From contig JASLBL010000239.1 in assembly GCA_030146615.1 (NCBI GenBank), positions 758 through 64,757 on the forward strand: a stretch of DNA of 64,000 nt, in the 5' to 3' direction. Shown piece after piece: positions 8,497 through 17,404 of the stretch. The notes beneath the pieces were generated by a model, which worked only from the letters and a program-made list of their open reading frames with translations, was not told where the DNA came from and searched no databases. A program made the translations under genes and the position numbers. Each line of letters begins with the position of its first letter. Within the stretch, counting starts at the first letter, position 1. Origin of the DNA: Actinomycetes bacterium. GTDB lineage: Bacteria; Actinomycetota; CALGFH01.

Positions 8497-9936
8497 CTAG
8501 GCAAGGCCGCCGACCACGACCGATTTCGGCTCGGTGTACTCGGCCAGCGCCTCCAGCCCGTGCTCGCGGCCGAAGCCGCTCTGCTTGGTGCCGCCGAACG
8601 GCAGCTCGTCGTAGCCATAGTGGAGCTGGTTCACCCAGGTCACTCCCGCCTCCAGCTCCCGGGTGGCCCGGTCGATCGCGACCGCCGAGCGGGTCCAGAT
8701 CGACGAGCCCAGCCCGTACTGGCTGGCGTTGGCCCGCTCGATCGCCTCGTCAAGCTCATCGACCTTCCACACGGGAAGGACCGGGCCGAAGACCTCCTCG
8801 GTGGCCAGCCGCGAGTCTTCGGGTGCGTCCACCACTACCGCCGGCTGGAAGAAGTGTCCAGGCCCGTCGAGCGCCTCCCCGCCGACCAGCACCTTGGCGC
8901 CCCGGTCGACCGCGTCCTTGAGCTGGGCGACCAGCAGGTCACGTTGCGCGGCGGTGTGCAGCGGACCGATCCGGAGCTTCGGCTTCTCGGCGCGGGTGTC
9001 GCCGGGCCCGGGCTCGTAGCGGCCGACGCGCGCGACCAGCTGGTCGACGAACGTGTCGTAGACCTCGGCCTGGATGAAGGCCCGCTTGGGAGCCAGGCAC
9101 GCCTGGCCGCAGTTCCAGTAGCGGCCGATCTGGATGCTCTTGACCGCGGCGTCCAGCTCGGCGTCGCCGAGCACGATCGTCGGGTCCGAGCCGCCCAGCT
9201 CCAGGCTGACGTGCTTGAGCGCCGGCCCGGCCAGCTCCATGATGCGCCGGCCCGTGCTCGTCTGGCCGGTGAAGGCGACGCGGCGCACACCCGGATGCGC
9301 GACCAGGGCCTCGCCGGTCTCTGGCCCGCCGGTGACCACGTTGAGCACGCCGGGCGGGAGGCCGGCCTCGGCGGCCAGCTGCGCGACCCGCAGGGTGGTC
9401 AGCGGGGTCGTCTCGGCCGGCTTGGCGACCACCGTGTTGCCGGCGGCCAGCGCCGGCCCGACCTTGTTGGCGAGCAGGGTGAGGGGGAAGTTCCACGGCG
9501 TGATCGCCCCGACCACCCCGAGGGGGCGCCGCACGACCAGGCCGTAGGCGGGGCCGAACTGGCTGGGCAGCTCCTGGTAGCTGCCGCGGACCTTGGTGGC
9601 GGCCTCGGCGTAGTAGCGCAGGCCGGCCAGGAAGTGCCGCAGCTCGCCCTGCGCCTCCAGAGTGGGCTTGCCCTGCTCGCGGGTGAGCAGGGCGACCAGC
9701 TCGTCCGCGTGGGCCTCGGCGAGGTCCGCGAGCCGGCGCAGGTGCCCCGCCCGCTCGCCGGTGTCGGTGCGCCGCCAGGTCGTGAGCGCCTCTGTGGCGG
9801 CCCCGACCGCGGCATCAACCTCCTCCCTCGTCGCGGCGGGGACCTCGTCGAGGGTCTCGCCGCTGGCCGGGTTGCGCACGGGCAGGCGTTGTCCCGCGCC
9901 GGCCGTCGCCGTTCCGCCTATCCACATGTCGGCCAC
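8497..9936 (-). CDS. NAD(P)-dependent aldehyde dehydrogenase (paralog 2)
   Basis: 479 aa; VAKPAETTPLTTLRVAQL, ELGGSDP, YWNCGQAC. Clearly paralogous to 5201..6634. Confidence 0.85.
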   Translation of the reverse strand: MADMWIGGTATAGAGQRLPVRNPASGETLDEVPAATREEVDAAVGAATEALTTWRRTDTGERAGHLRRLADLAEAHADELVALLTREQGKPTLEAQGELRHFLAGLRYYAEAATKVRGSYQELPSQFGPAYGLVVRRPLGVVGAITPWNFPLTLLANKVGPALAAGNTVVAKPAETTPLTTLRVAQLAAEAGLPPGVLNVVTGGPETGEALVAHPGVRRVAFTGQTSTGRRIMELAGPALKHVSLELGGSDPTIVLGDAELDAAVKSIQIGRYWNCGQACLAPKRAFIQAEVYDTFVDQLVARVGRYEPGPGDTRAEKPKLRIGPLHTAAQRDLLVAQLKDAVDRGAKVLVGGEALDGPGHFFQPAVVVDAPEDSRLATEEVFGPVLPVWKVDELDEAIERANASQYGLGSSIWTRSAVAIDRATRELEAGVTWVNQLHYGYDELPFGGTKQSGFGREHGLEALAEYTEPKSVVVGGLA

Positions 9937-10029
9937 GATGCTCCTCGCTTTCGCTGTCGCGATGCTGACCAGGAGGCCCGACCAGACCTGTATGGTGCCA
10001 TCTGACTGACCGGATGGTCGAGGCCGCGT

Positions 10030-10734
10030 TCAGACGCCGAGGAGCTGCCGGGCGCGGGTGGGGTCGCTGCGGAACTCTGGAGTCGGTGCCCGGTGCACGA
10101 TCTGCCCCTTGCGCATCACCGCGATCTCGTCGGCGAGGGTCACCGCCGCCCGCAGGTCCTGCTCGACCAGCAGGACCGTGAGGCCCTCGCGCCGCAGCCC
10201 GGCGATCAGCTCGATGACCTGGGTCAGCACCACGGGTGCGAGGCCGTCGGATGGCTCGTCCAGCAACAGCAGCCGCGGGTTGAGCAGCAGCGCCCTGGCG
10301 ATGGCCAGCATCTGCTGCTCGCCACCGGAGAGCTGGTCGCCCCGGTGGCGCCGGCGCTCGGCGAGCTGGGGCAGCACCTCGTAGACGCGCTGGGCGGTCC
10401 AGGACCCGGTGGCGCCGCGGCGGGTCGCAACCTGGAGGTTCTGCTCGACGGTCAGGTCGGCGAACACGCGCCGGCCCTGGGGGACGATGGCCACGCCCGC
10501 CCGGGCGACCACGTTGGCGGGCGCGCCGGCCAGCTCGCGGCCCTGCAGCCGCACGCTGCCCGAGATCGGCTTGAGCAGGCCCATCACGGCGGCCAGGAAG
10601 GTGGTCTTGCCGACCCCGTTGCGGCCGAGCAGGGCCACGGCCTGGCCCTCCCGCACGGTGAGGTCGACGTCGTGCAGCACGACGCTGCCGTGGTAGCCGG
10701 CACGCAGCGCGCGCACCTCCAGCAGCGCGGTCAC
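10030..10734 (-). CDS. livF: branched-chain-amino-acid-type ABC transporter ATP-binding protein (LivF-like)
   Basis: Walker A GRNGVGKTT, signature LSGGEQQM, Walker B LLLLDEPS; GTG start. Confidence 0.85.
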   Translation of the reverse strand: MTALLEVRALRAGYHGSVVLHDVDLTVREGQAVALLGRNGVGKTTFLAAVMGLLKPISGSVRLQGRELAGAPANVVARAGVAIVPQGRRVFADLTVEQNLQVATRRGATGSWTAQRVYEVLPQLAERRRHRGDQLSGGEQQMLAIARALLLNPRLLLLDEPSDGLAPVVLTQVIELIAGLRREGLTVLLVEQDLRAAVTLADEIAVMRKGQIVHRAPTPEFRSDPTRARQLLGV

Positions 10735-11507
10735 GGCGCCGCCCCGAAGAAGAGCTCGTCGAAGACCGCGTCACCGAGATAGGCTCGCTGCACCGCCTGG
10801 TCCGACCTGACCTCGGCCGGTGTCCCCTCGGCCAGGACCCGTCCCAGGTGCAGCACGGTCACCCGGGTGGCCAGGCGGAACACCACGTCAAGGTCGTGCT
10901 CGATGATCATCACGGTGATCTCCGGGCCCAGTGACTCGATCAGCTCGGCGAAGCGGGCGCTGTCGGCGGCCGACATGCCCGCCGTGGGCTCGTCGAGCAG
11001 CAGCAGCTTGGGCGACGTCGCGAGGGCGAGCGCGACCTCGAGCTGCCGTCGCTCACCGTGGGAGAGCGTCCCGGCTGGGGCCGCGGCCCGATCTGCCAGG
11101 CCGACCAGCTCCAGGTGCCGCGCCGCCTCCTCCTGGACCGCCGCGTGCCGCCATGCCGCGCGGACCGTCCGCATCCCGCGCCCGGCTGCCCGCTGGGCGG
11201 CGAGGGCCACGTTGTCGAGGGCCGACAGGGTGGTGAACACGCTCGAGTGCTGGAAGGTCTGGCTCATGCCGGCGCGCGCCCGGACGTGGTCGGGCCGGCG
11301 GGTCAGGTCCTGGCCGTCGAACAGGACTCGACCGCCCGAGGGTCGGATGGCGCCGGTGATGAGGCCGAACATCGTCGACTTGCCGGCCCCGTTGGGGCCG
11401 ATGATGGCGTGCCGCGCCCCGGCCGGGACCGCGAGCGTCACGCGGTCCACGGCGACCAGCTTCCCAAAGCGGCGGGTCAGCTCCTCGGTTTGCAGCAGCG
11501 CCGTCAC
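10731..11507 (-). CDS. livG: ABC transporter ATP-binding protein (LivG-like)
   Basis: C-terminal 258 aa of track ORF 10731..12599; GPNGAGKST, LSHGERRQLE, LLLLDEPTAGM. The N-terminal 364 aa of the track ORF is an out-of-context GC-frame extension. Confidence 0.8.
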   Translation of the reverse strand: MTALLQTEELTRRFGKLVAVDRVTLAVPAGARHAIIGPNGAGKSTMFGLITGAIRPSGGRVLFDGQDLTRRPDHVRARAGMSQTFQHSSVFTTLSALDNVALAAQRAAGRGMRTVRAAWRHAAVQEEAARHLELVGLADRAAAPAGTLSHGERRQLEVALALATSPKLLLLDEPTAGMSAADSARFAELIESLGPEITVMIIEHDLDVVFRLATRVTVLHLGRVLAEGTPAEVRSDQAVQRAYLGDAVFDELFFGAAP

Positions 11508-12514
11508 CGTGCGCCCTCCCCGCGCCGGGCCGGGCGTGGCAACCGCAGGCCGGCGAAGCCCCGCGGCAGCAGGTAGACCGCGACGATGAAGACCAGTCCC
11601 AGCACCAGCGGTCCCCGGCCGCCGAGCTGCGGTGACAGCTCGTCGCGGACGAGCACGACCAGCGCGGCGCCGAAGGCCGCTCCCCAGAGTCTGCCCCGGC
11701 CCCCGAGCACGACCGCGAGCAGGGCCATTGCCGAGATCTCGAAGCCCAGGTCGGCGGGCGAGACGAACCGTGCCTGGGCGACCCACAAGGAGCCGGCCGC
11801 CCCGGCCGCCGCGCCAGCGATGCAGAACACTGCGTACTTCGGGCGCACGGTGGCGTACCCCAGCGAGCGCATCCGCTCCTCGTTGTCCCGCACGCCACGC
11901 AGCGTCCGGCCGAAGGGGCTGCGGGACACCATCACCAGGGCGGCGATGCCGAGCAGCGCCGCGCCCAGGGCGTACCAGTAGAGCACGCCGGCGAGCCGGA
12001 CCGGGCTTCCGCCCGGCAGCAGGGTGATCGCGGGGATGCCGGCCAGGCCGTTGCTGCCACCGGTGATGCCCTCCCAGCGGTCGGCGAGCACGTGCACGAT
12101 CTCGCCGACGGCCAGGGTGAGCATGAGGAAGTAGGTGCCGCGGGCGCGCACCACCAGCCAGCCCACCGACGCCGACAGGGCGGCGCCGGCCGCGGCCGCG
12201 GCGAGCAGCTGCAGGGGGCCGACGGTGGTGAGGTGCTTGGCCACCAGCGCCGCGGCGTAGGCGCCGACCCCGAAGGGCGCGGCATGGCCGAGGGAGGGTA
12301 GCCCGCCGACGCCCGTCAACAGGTCGAGGCTCACGGCCAGCAGGGCGAAGGCGAGCACGCGGGTCATCATGTCGGCGACGTTCCCCGACGCGAACAGGGG
12401 GAGCAGCGCGAGGGCCAGCAGCGCGCCGCCGGCGACCAGCCCCGGCGCTGCCAGCGCCCGGCGGGCCGATGCCGTCGAGGCGAGGACCGGCGGCGGGGCG
12501 GTGGCCCTGCTCAC
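11504..12514 (-). CDS. livM: Liv-type ABC transporter permease (LivM-like)
   Basis: 336 aa, polytopic hydrophobic, LivM-like. Confidence 0.75.
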   Translation of the reverse strand: MSRATAPPPVLASTASARRALAAPGLVAGGALLALALLPLFASGNVADMMTRVLAFALLAVSLDLLTGVGGLPSLGHAAPFGVGAYAAALVAKHLTTVGPLQLLAAAAAGAALSASVGWLVVRARGTYFLMLTLAVGEIVHVLADRWEGITGGSNGLAGIPAITLLPGGSPVRLAGVLYWYALGAALLGIAALVMVSRSPFGRTLRGVRDNEERMRSLGYATVRPKYAVFCIAGAAAGAAGSLWVAQARFVSPADLGFEISAMALLAVVLGGRGRLWGAAFGAALVVLVRDELSPQLGGRGPLVLGLVFIVAVYLLPRGFAGLRLPRPARRGEGAR

Positions 12515-13437
12515 CGCGGCGGGCCCGCCCGGCCCAGCATCCCGGCCGGCCGTAGCAGCAGGACCAGGGCCATCGTCCCGAACACCAGGAAGGAGGCATA
12601 CTGCGGCAGCACGGAGACGCCGAGGACCTCGACCTGGCCGATCACCAGCGCCCCCAGGAACGCGCCGCGCACCGAGCCCAGGCCTCCCAGCACCACAATG
12701 ACCAGCCCGAGGATCAGCGCGCGCTCGTCCAGCCCGGGGTAGGCGCCCAGCACGGGGGCCCCGAGCACCCCGCCCAGGCAGGCCAGCGCCGCGCCGGACG
12801 CGAACACCCCGACGACCAGCCTGCCGGTGTCGACGCCCATCGCCCTGACCATCGGGGCGTCGGCGACCGTCGCCCGGACCAGCGCACCGGCCCGAGTGCG
12901 CTCGACGAGCAGGTGGACGGCCGCGGCCAGCAGCAGGCCCACGGCGATCACGCTCAGGCGATAGCTCGGGTACTGGTGCCCGGCCAGCGCGACGCTGCCG
13001 GCCAGGAAGTCGGGGGGCGGCACCGAGCGCACGTCGTTGCCGTAGCGCGCCGACAGCAGGTCACCGATGACCAGGGCGACCCCGAGGGTGAGCAGCGCCT
13101 GGTCGAGGTGGCCGCGCGCGACCAGCGGCCTGGTCATCGCCGCCAGGCCAACTCCGCCGGCGACGCCGACCAGCGCCGCGACCAGCCCGGCGACCAGGTA
13201 GGCACCGAGCCCGGCGGTGGTGTCGGAGACGAACTGGACGGCGACGTAGGCGCCGACGAGGTACAGCGCCCCGTGGGCGAGGTTGAGCACGTCCATGATC
13301 CCGAAGACCAGCGACAGCCCCACCGCGATGGTGAACAGCAGCACGCCGAAGGCGACCCCGTCGACGATGGTGATGAGGTGGTCGTCCAGCCAGGCCAGCG
13401 CACGCCCTCCGGCTAGGGTGCCGTGGTTCGGACCTGC
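12511..13437 (-). CDS. livH: Liv-type ABC transporter permease (LivH-like); start uncertain
   Basis: Track ORF begins at an internal GTG (13344). LivH-like sequence (LAWLDDHLITIVDGVAFG...) continues in frame up to the livK stop at 13438 with no ATG/GTG/TTG. Confidence 0.7.
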   Translation of the reverse strand, partial: AGPNHGTLAGGRALAWLDDHLITIVDGVAFGVLLFTIAVGLSLVFGIMDVLNLAHGALYLVGAYVAVQFVSDTTAGLGAYLVAGLVAALVGVAGGVGLAAMTRPLVARGHLDQALLTLGVALVIGDLLSARYGNDVRSVPPPDFLAGSVALAGHQYPSYRLSVIAVGLLLAAAVHLLVERTRAGALVRATVADAPMVRAMGVDTGRLVVGVFASGAALACLGGVLGAPVLGAYPGLDERALILGLVIVVLGGLGSVRGAFLGALVIGQVEVLGVSVLPQYASFLVFGTMALVLLLRPAGMLGRAGPPR

Positions 13438-14643
13438 TCAGGCGTGCGAGAGCGGCTGCACCACGGCGTTGACGATCTGACTGCCCTGCTCCTCGGTGTT
13501 GCGGAGATAATACGTCTGCTCGGGCCCCTGGCCGTCGCTGAAGCGCCAGCGGCCACGTGGACTGTCGATCTCGCCGACGCCCTTGAGGCCCTCGACGATG
13601 GCCTCGCCGGTGGTGCCCTTGGCGAGCGCCTGGTCGAGCACGGCGGCGGCGTCGTAGGCCTGGACCGCGTACACCGTCGGCGGGTCGCCGTACTTGGCGG
13701 TGTAGTCGGCGGCGAACTTCTGGTTGGTGGGGTTGTCGATCTGGTCGGAGTAGTGGAGGGAGGTCTTGATGCCCAGCGCCGCGTCGCCCTGCGCCTTCAG
13801 CACGCCGCCCTCGGTGGCGAACCCGCTGCAGTACAGCGGGATCTTCGAGGCCAGCCCGAACTGCTGGTACTGCTTGACGAACGCGACCGCCTCGGCGCCG
13901 GCGTAGAAGCAGTACACGGCCTTGGCGCCCGACCGCTCGATCCGCGCCAGGTACGGCTGGAAGTTGGTGGTCTTGCCGAAGGGGGTGAACTCCGAGCCGG
14001 CCACCGTCCCGCCGGCACCCTCGAACGCCTTCCTGAAGCCCCCGACCGCCTCCTCGCCGGCGGCATAGTCGGGCGCCATCAGGAAGACCTTGCCGCCCTT
14101 GACCTGCTCGGCGACGTACGGGCCCAGCGCCGAGGCCACCTCGCCGTTGGCGAACGAGGTGCGCCACACGTAGTCGGAGCGCTGGGCGCCGGTGATCGCG
14201 TCGGCGCCGGCGTTGGCCACGAGCAGCGGCACCTTGCTGTCGGAGACCAGGTCGCGGACGCCCAGCGCGACCGCGGAGTTCACGATGCCGACCAGCACGT
14301 TCACTCTGTCCTGCTGCAGCAGCTTCTGGGCGGCCGGCACGCCCGACTCGGGCCCCCCGCCCTCGTCAGCGACCACCACGTCGATCGAGCGCCCGCCGAG
14401 CTTGCCGCCCTTGGCGTCCAGGTACATCCGGAAGCCGTTCTCCATGTCCTTGCCCAGCGGCGCGTAGACCCCGGACTTGGGCACCAGCAGCCCGACCTTC
14501 ACCGGGCCCTCGCCGGACCCCTGCTGATCCTCGCGCAGGCTCGACCCGCAGCCCGCCAGCACGGTGCAGAGGCAGAGGACGGTTGTGATCCAGATCGAAC
14601 GGCCGACGCCACGCATAGGGACCTCCCACCCTCGCGATGCCAC
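13438..14643 (-). CDS. livK: Liv-type ABC transporter periplasmic substrate-binding lipoprotein
   Basis: 401 aa; lipobox TVLAGCGSS near the N-terminus; Leu/Ile/Val-binding-protein-family architecture. Confidence 0.8.
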   Translation of the reverse strand: MASRGWEVPMRGVGRSIWITTVLCLCTVLAGCGSSLREDQQGSGEGPVKVGLLVPKSGVYAPLGKDMENGFRMYLDAKGGKLGGRSIDVVVADEGGGPESGVPAAQKLLQQDRVNVLVGIVNSAVALGVRDLVSDSKVPLLVANAGADAITGAQRSDYVWRTSFANGEVASALGPYVAEQVKGGKVFLMAPDYAAGEEAVGGFRKAFEGAGGTVAGSEFTPFGKTTNFQPYLARIERSGAKAVYCFYAGAEAVAFVKQYQQFGLASKIPLYCSGFATEGGVLKAQGDAALGIKTSLHYSDQIDNPTNQKFAADYTAKYGDPPTVYAVQAYDAAAVLDQALAKGTTGEAIVEGLKGVGEIDSPRGRWRFSDGQGPEQTYYLRNTEEQGSQIVNAVVQPLSHA

Positions 14644-14761
14644 GTTCGACTATCCGGTCAGTCAGGGCCCATACCATAAACCCCAGCGCCTCGGGCGACA
14701 AGCCGCATCTCGACCGGTGAGGAACGGTGCTTGGTGACCAAGCAGCAGATAGTGGTGTGGC

Positions 14762-14925
14762 GTGATGCCTGAGCAGCCGCTCGAGCCCAGTGGGCTGATC
14801 CATCAGCCGGACGGCATGACCATGCACGGGGGGGACCGCCCGGCGCACCGTGCGCCACTTCGGCCTGGACTTCAAGGCCCTGCGCTCCTCGATCACCTTC
14901 CGGACGCTCAAGGCGCCGTAACCGC
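14762..14925 (+). pseudogene. internally deleted, frameshifted relic of an AlkB-family 2OG/Fe(II) dioxygenase (paralog of 61884..62465)
   Basis: MPEQPLEPSGLIHQP then TMHGGTARRTVRHFGLDF then KALRSSITFRTLKAP reproduce three separated segments of the intact AlkB at 61884..62465. The frame breaks at a G7 run. Confidence 0.55.
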
Positions 14926-14943
14926 CCGCTCCGATGTGAGGCG

Positions 14944-15675
14944 TCAGGGCCGCCTCAGCGGGCGGAGGCCGCTGATCCTGGTCCGCACCCCAGGCGACCA
15001 GTGCACGACCGGCTCGCCCTCGGGGGCGGGCAGTCCGGCGGCTGCGACCAGGTTCGTCTCCAGCTCTCGCACGGACGCCCGGTGCAGCGGCCAGGGCTCG
15101 TGCTCGACATTCGAACGGGCTAGCACCGGGCCGAGGGTCGTGTACAGCTGCCATCGGGCGGTCAAGTAGTGGTCGAACTCGTCCAGCTCCTGCGGCCGCA
15201 GCCGGGCGCCGATCTCCACGGTGATGCGGGAGGTCGCCGGGGTCGGGCCGGGCCAACGCCGACGGCTGCGGTAGCGGATGGTCGAGCCGTCGCGTTCCAC
15301 CGCCATCTGGGACCACATGTAGGGCAGCGCATAGGTCGAGCGGGCGACCAGGACCGGCTCCAACCGGGCGGCATCCAGTGAGAAGAACCAGAGGCCCTCA
15401 CGCCGGTCCGGACCGCGCACGTAGGTCCGCACGTTTGTCTCGGGGAAGCTGGTGAACCACGGCAGCGCCGGTGCCACCGGGGTCCGCAGGTCCTCCAGGA
15501 AGAAGGGGGTCACGCCCACCCAGGCCTGGCCCTGGAACGTCTGGACCTCGAGGCTGTCGGGTAGCAGCCGCTGAACGACGGCAGGATCGTAGGACCAATG
15601 CAGGAACGAGAGCCAGGTCCAGCTCTGGTACATCACCGGCCAGCGGACCGGCCAGGGAGGGCTGGGACTGGTCAC
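14944..15675 (-). CDS. DUF2071 (YqjF-like) family protein
   Basis: 243 aa; WTWLSFLHWSYDP...VGVTPFFLED typical of the DUF2071 family. Confidence 0.65.
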   Translation of the reverse strand: MTSPSPPWPVRWPVMYQSWTWLSFLHWSYDPAVVQRLLPDSLEVQTFQGQAWVGVTPFFLEDLRTPVAPALPWFTSFPETNVRTYVRGPDRREGLWFFSLDAARLEPVLVARSTYALPYMWSQMAVERDGSTIRYRSRRRWPGPTPATSRITVEIGARLRPQELDEFDHYLTARWQLYTTLGPVLARSNVEHEPWPLHRASVRELETNLVAAAGLPAPEGEPVVHWSPGVRTRISGLRPLRRP

Positions 15676-16433
15676 CTGCGCCTCCTCCGGTCCGGCGATC
15701 GGGTCAAGACCTTCCCGTCAGGGTCCGGCCGCTCAAGCCTTCTCGTGCCATTGTCATCGGTCGTGCTTGGAGCGTCTGACCAGCTCACGTCCCGGTGCTG
15801 GTGACCTCGACCTCGTCCTCGACGTCGGGAGGAAGCGGAGGTGGGGTCCTGGGGTCGTTCTCCAGGAAGAGGGCGCAGCCGACGCCGGCGATGGCCCCGC
15901 TGGCATCCACGACCAGGTGCCGTCGCAGGAGGGACAGTGGAAGACGCTAGCCCCATAGTGGTCGAGGGAGCAGCTCCGCCGCCCGACCAGCTGCTGGCAT
16001 ACAACCGCGGCTGAAGGCTCCGATTCTCGGCTCCATTCGCGAACTGCGCAGGACTCTCTACCTGGGCGGCGACGACGTCCTCGAGGCTGGTGCCGGCTGC
16101 GCGGAAGGCAGCTTGGCTCCCTCCAGGAGGTTCCGCTTGTCGATGGGGGCCGCGTGGGTCGCTTTGATCTTCATCTCGGGTTGGATCACGCACCGGTCCA
16201 GGCGGGCGGGGTCGGGTGGGACCTCGTCCATGACGGCCCGCAGCCCCAGCTCGGCCAGCTTGGCCTGTGCCCAGTCCAGGTGCTCGTCCTCGGTCGACGA
16301 TCTCCTCCGACGGGATCCCGTCGGCGTTGACGATCTCCTTGTAGCGGTTCGAGGGCCAGTCGGCCGGCAGCTCATCCTTGGGCGCCACTGGTCGGAGGTG
16401 CGTGGTTAGCCTAGCGCGGTCACCACAAACCAT
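15676..16433 (-). pseudogene. unidentified decayed gene (protein-like segments split over two frames)
   Basis: PKDELPADWPSNRYKEIVNADGIPSEEIVDRG in one frame is followed by EHLDWAQAKLAELGLRAVMDEVPPDPARLDRCVIQPEMKIKATHAAPIDKRNLLEG in another. Elsewhere composition is low-complexity. Confidence 0.25.
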
Positions 16434-16559
16434 CGCGGCCAGGTGTGGTCGAGCTAGGTCTGCACGCTCCGAGCTCGACGAGTCGGGCTTGCAGTTCGGT
16501 CAGCTCTTAGTTGAATGCGGCCCGCGTGTCGCTCCCATGTTCTGTTCTCGGCCCGCTGG

Positions 16560-16670
16560 TCAGCTGCGGTCGGCGAGTCGGTAGGCGGCCAGGACGAGCC
16601 CGGCCAGCACCGCCACCACCACCAGCATGGTCCCCAGTCCGGTCAGGATCGCTGCGGTCGTGTGCTCCAT
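16560..16670 (-). CDS. 36-aa single-TM hydrophobic peptide (MEHTTAAILTGLGTMLVVVAVLAGLVLAAYRLADRS)
   Basis: ATG preceded by GGGAGG at 7 nt. Sits directly downstream of and co-oriented with 16686..17048; lower GC than surroundings. Confidence 0.4.
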   Translation of the reverse strand: MEHTTAAILTGLGTMLVVVAVLAGLVLAAYRLADRS

Positions 16671-16685
16671 CACTCACCCTCCCGG

Positions 16686-17048
16686 TCAGCTGCTGCTGCC
16701 CGCCTTGCTCTTGCCGCCCTCGCCCTCCAGGGCCTTGAGCCGCTTCTCGATCCGGTTGAGCGACCGTTGCATCTCATCGTCGCTGTCTCTGGATTCGGGG
16801 CTGTTGCGGTGGATCAAAAAGCTGGTCAGGACCACAAAGGTCAGCAGCTGGAGGAATTCGGACTGCCAGTTCTCCAGGGTACTGGTCCAGAACTGCCAGA
16901 GAAAGTCGCCGACCTCCAGCGGCTGGTTGTGCTCTTGTTGCTCGTTGGCCCAGGTGAACCACTGGGTCACCAGCTGGCCGAGCCAGGCGAGAAAGAACAA
17001 TGCGGCCAGGGTGATGCTCAGGCTGTAATTCCGCCATAGGCGCTTCAT
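16686..17048 (-). CDS. 120-aa two-TM membrane protein with a charged coiled C-terminus (tentatively DUF6766-like)
   Basis: SD GGAAGGG. Markedly lower GC and different codon usage than neighbours. The sequence pattern resembles a conserved small-membrane-protein family; the family name is recalled uncertainly. Confidence 0.6.
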   Translation of the reverse strand: MKRLWRNYSLSITLAALFFLAWLGQLVTQWFTWANEQQEHNQPLEVGDFLWQFWTSTLENWQSEFLQLLTFVVLTSFLIHRNSPESRDSDDEMQRSLNRIEKRLKALEGEGGKSKAGSSS

Positions 17049-17090
17049 CCAAGATCACACCCTTCCAGGCGCAGGGAAAGCAAGCACGGA

Positions 17091-17115
17091 CTACCCAAGC
17101 ACCGGGCCAGGAAAC
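17091..17115 (-). promoter_or_regulatory. SigB/SigF-type promoter candidate GTTT-N15-GGGTAG upstream of 16686..17048
   Basis: Minus strand reads GGTTTcctggcccggtgcttGGGTAG, ~43 nt upstream of the ATG. Confidence 0.4.
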
Positions 17116-17404
17116 CAAGCCGGCTCCAGCAGGCCGGTCGCCTTGGCTCCGGCCGCAGCATCAGCAGCTGCTGCCAGCCGGCTTGGACGCGGTCGCCAGC
17201 CAGGGCACCGGGTCATCACCGGCGAGGATCACCGGATCGTTGGTGACTGCCGCGGCGACCGTGGGAGCTGCACCCTGCGATGCCCTGACGCCATGGCGAC
17301 CGGAGGTTTGCCAAGGGTCTGAACAGGGGAGGGGAAGGTCGCAGCTACTTCTGCTGCCGCGTCCACCCAGCCCTCGTGGACGACCAGTCCGAACGAGGTT
17401 CCCG

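Noticed and set aside
7651-10005. 784-aa plus-strand ORF
   Set aside because: Antisense to crotonase and ALDH 2; low-complexity.
10731-12599. N-terminal 364 aa of the 622-aa track ORF
   Set aside because: Overlaps livM in another frame and has junk composition. Only the C-terminal LivG ATPase part (from the GTG at ~11507) is credible.
16434-16559. CGAGCTCG palindrome downstream of the 36-aa peptide gene as a terminator
   Set aside because: An 8-bp self-complementary site without loop or U-tract, more likely a restriction-type palindrome than a hairpin terminator.
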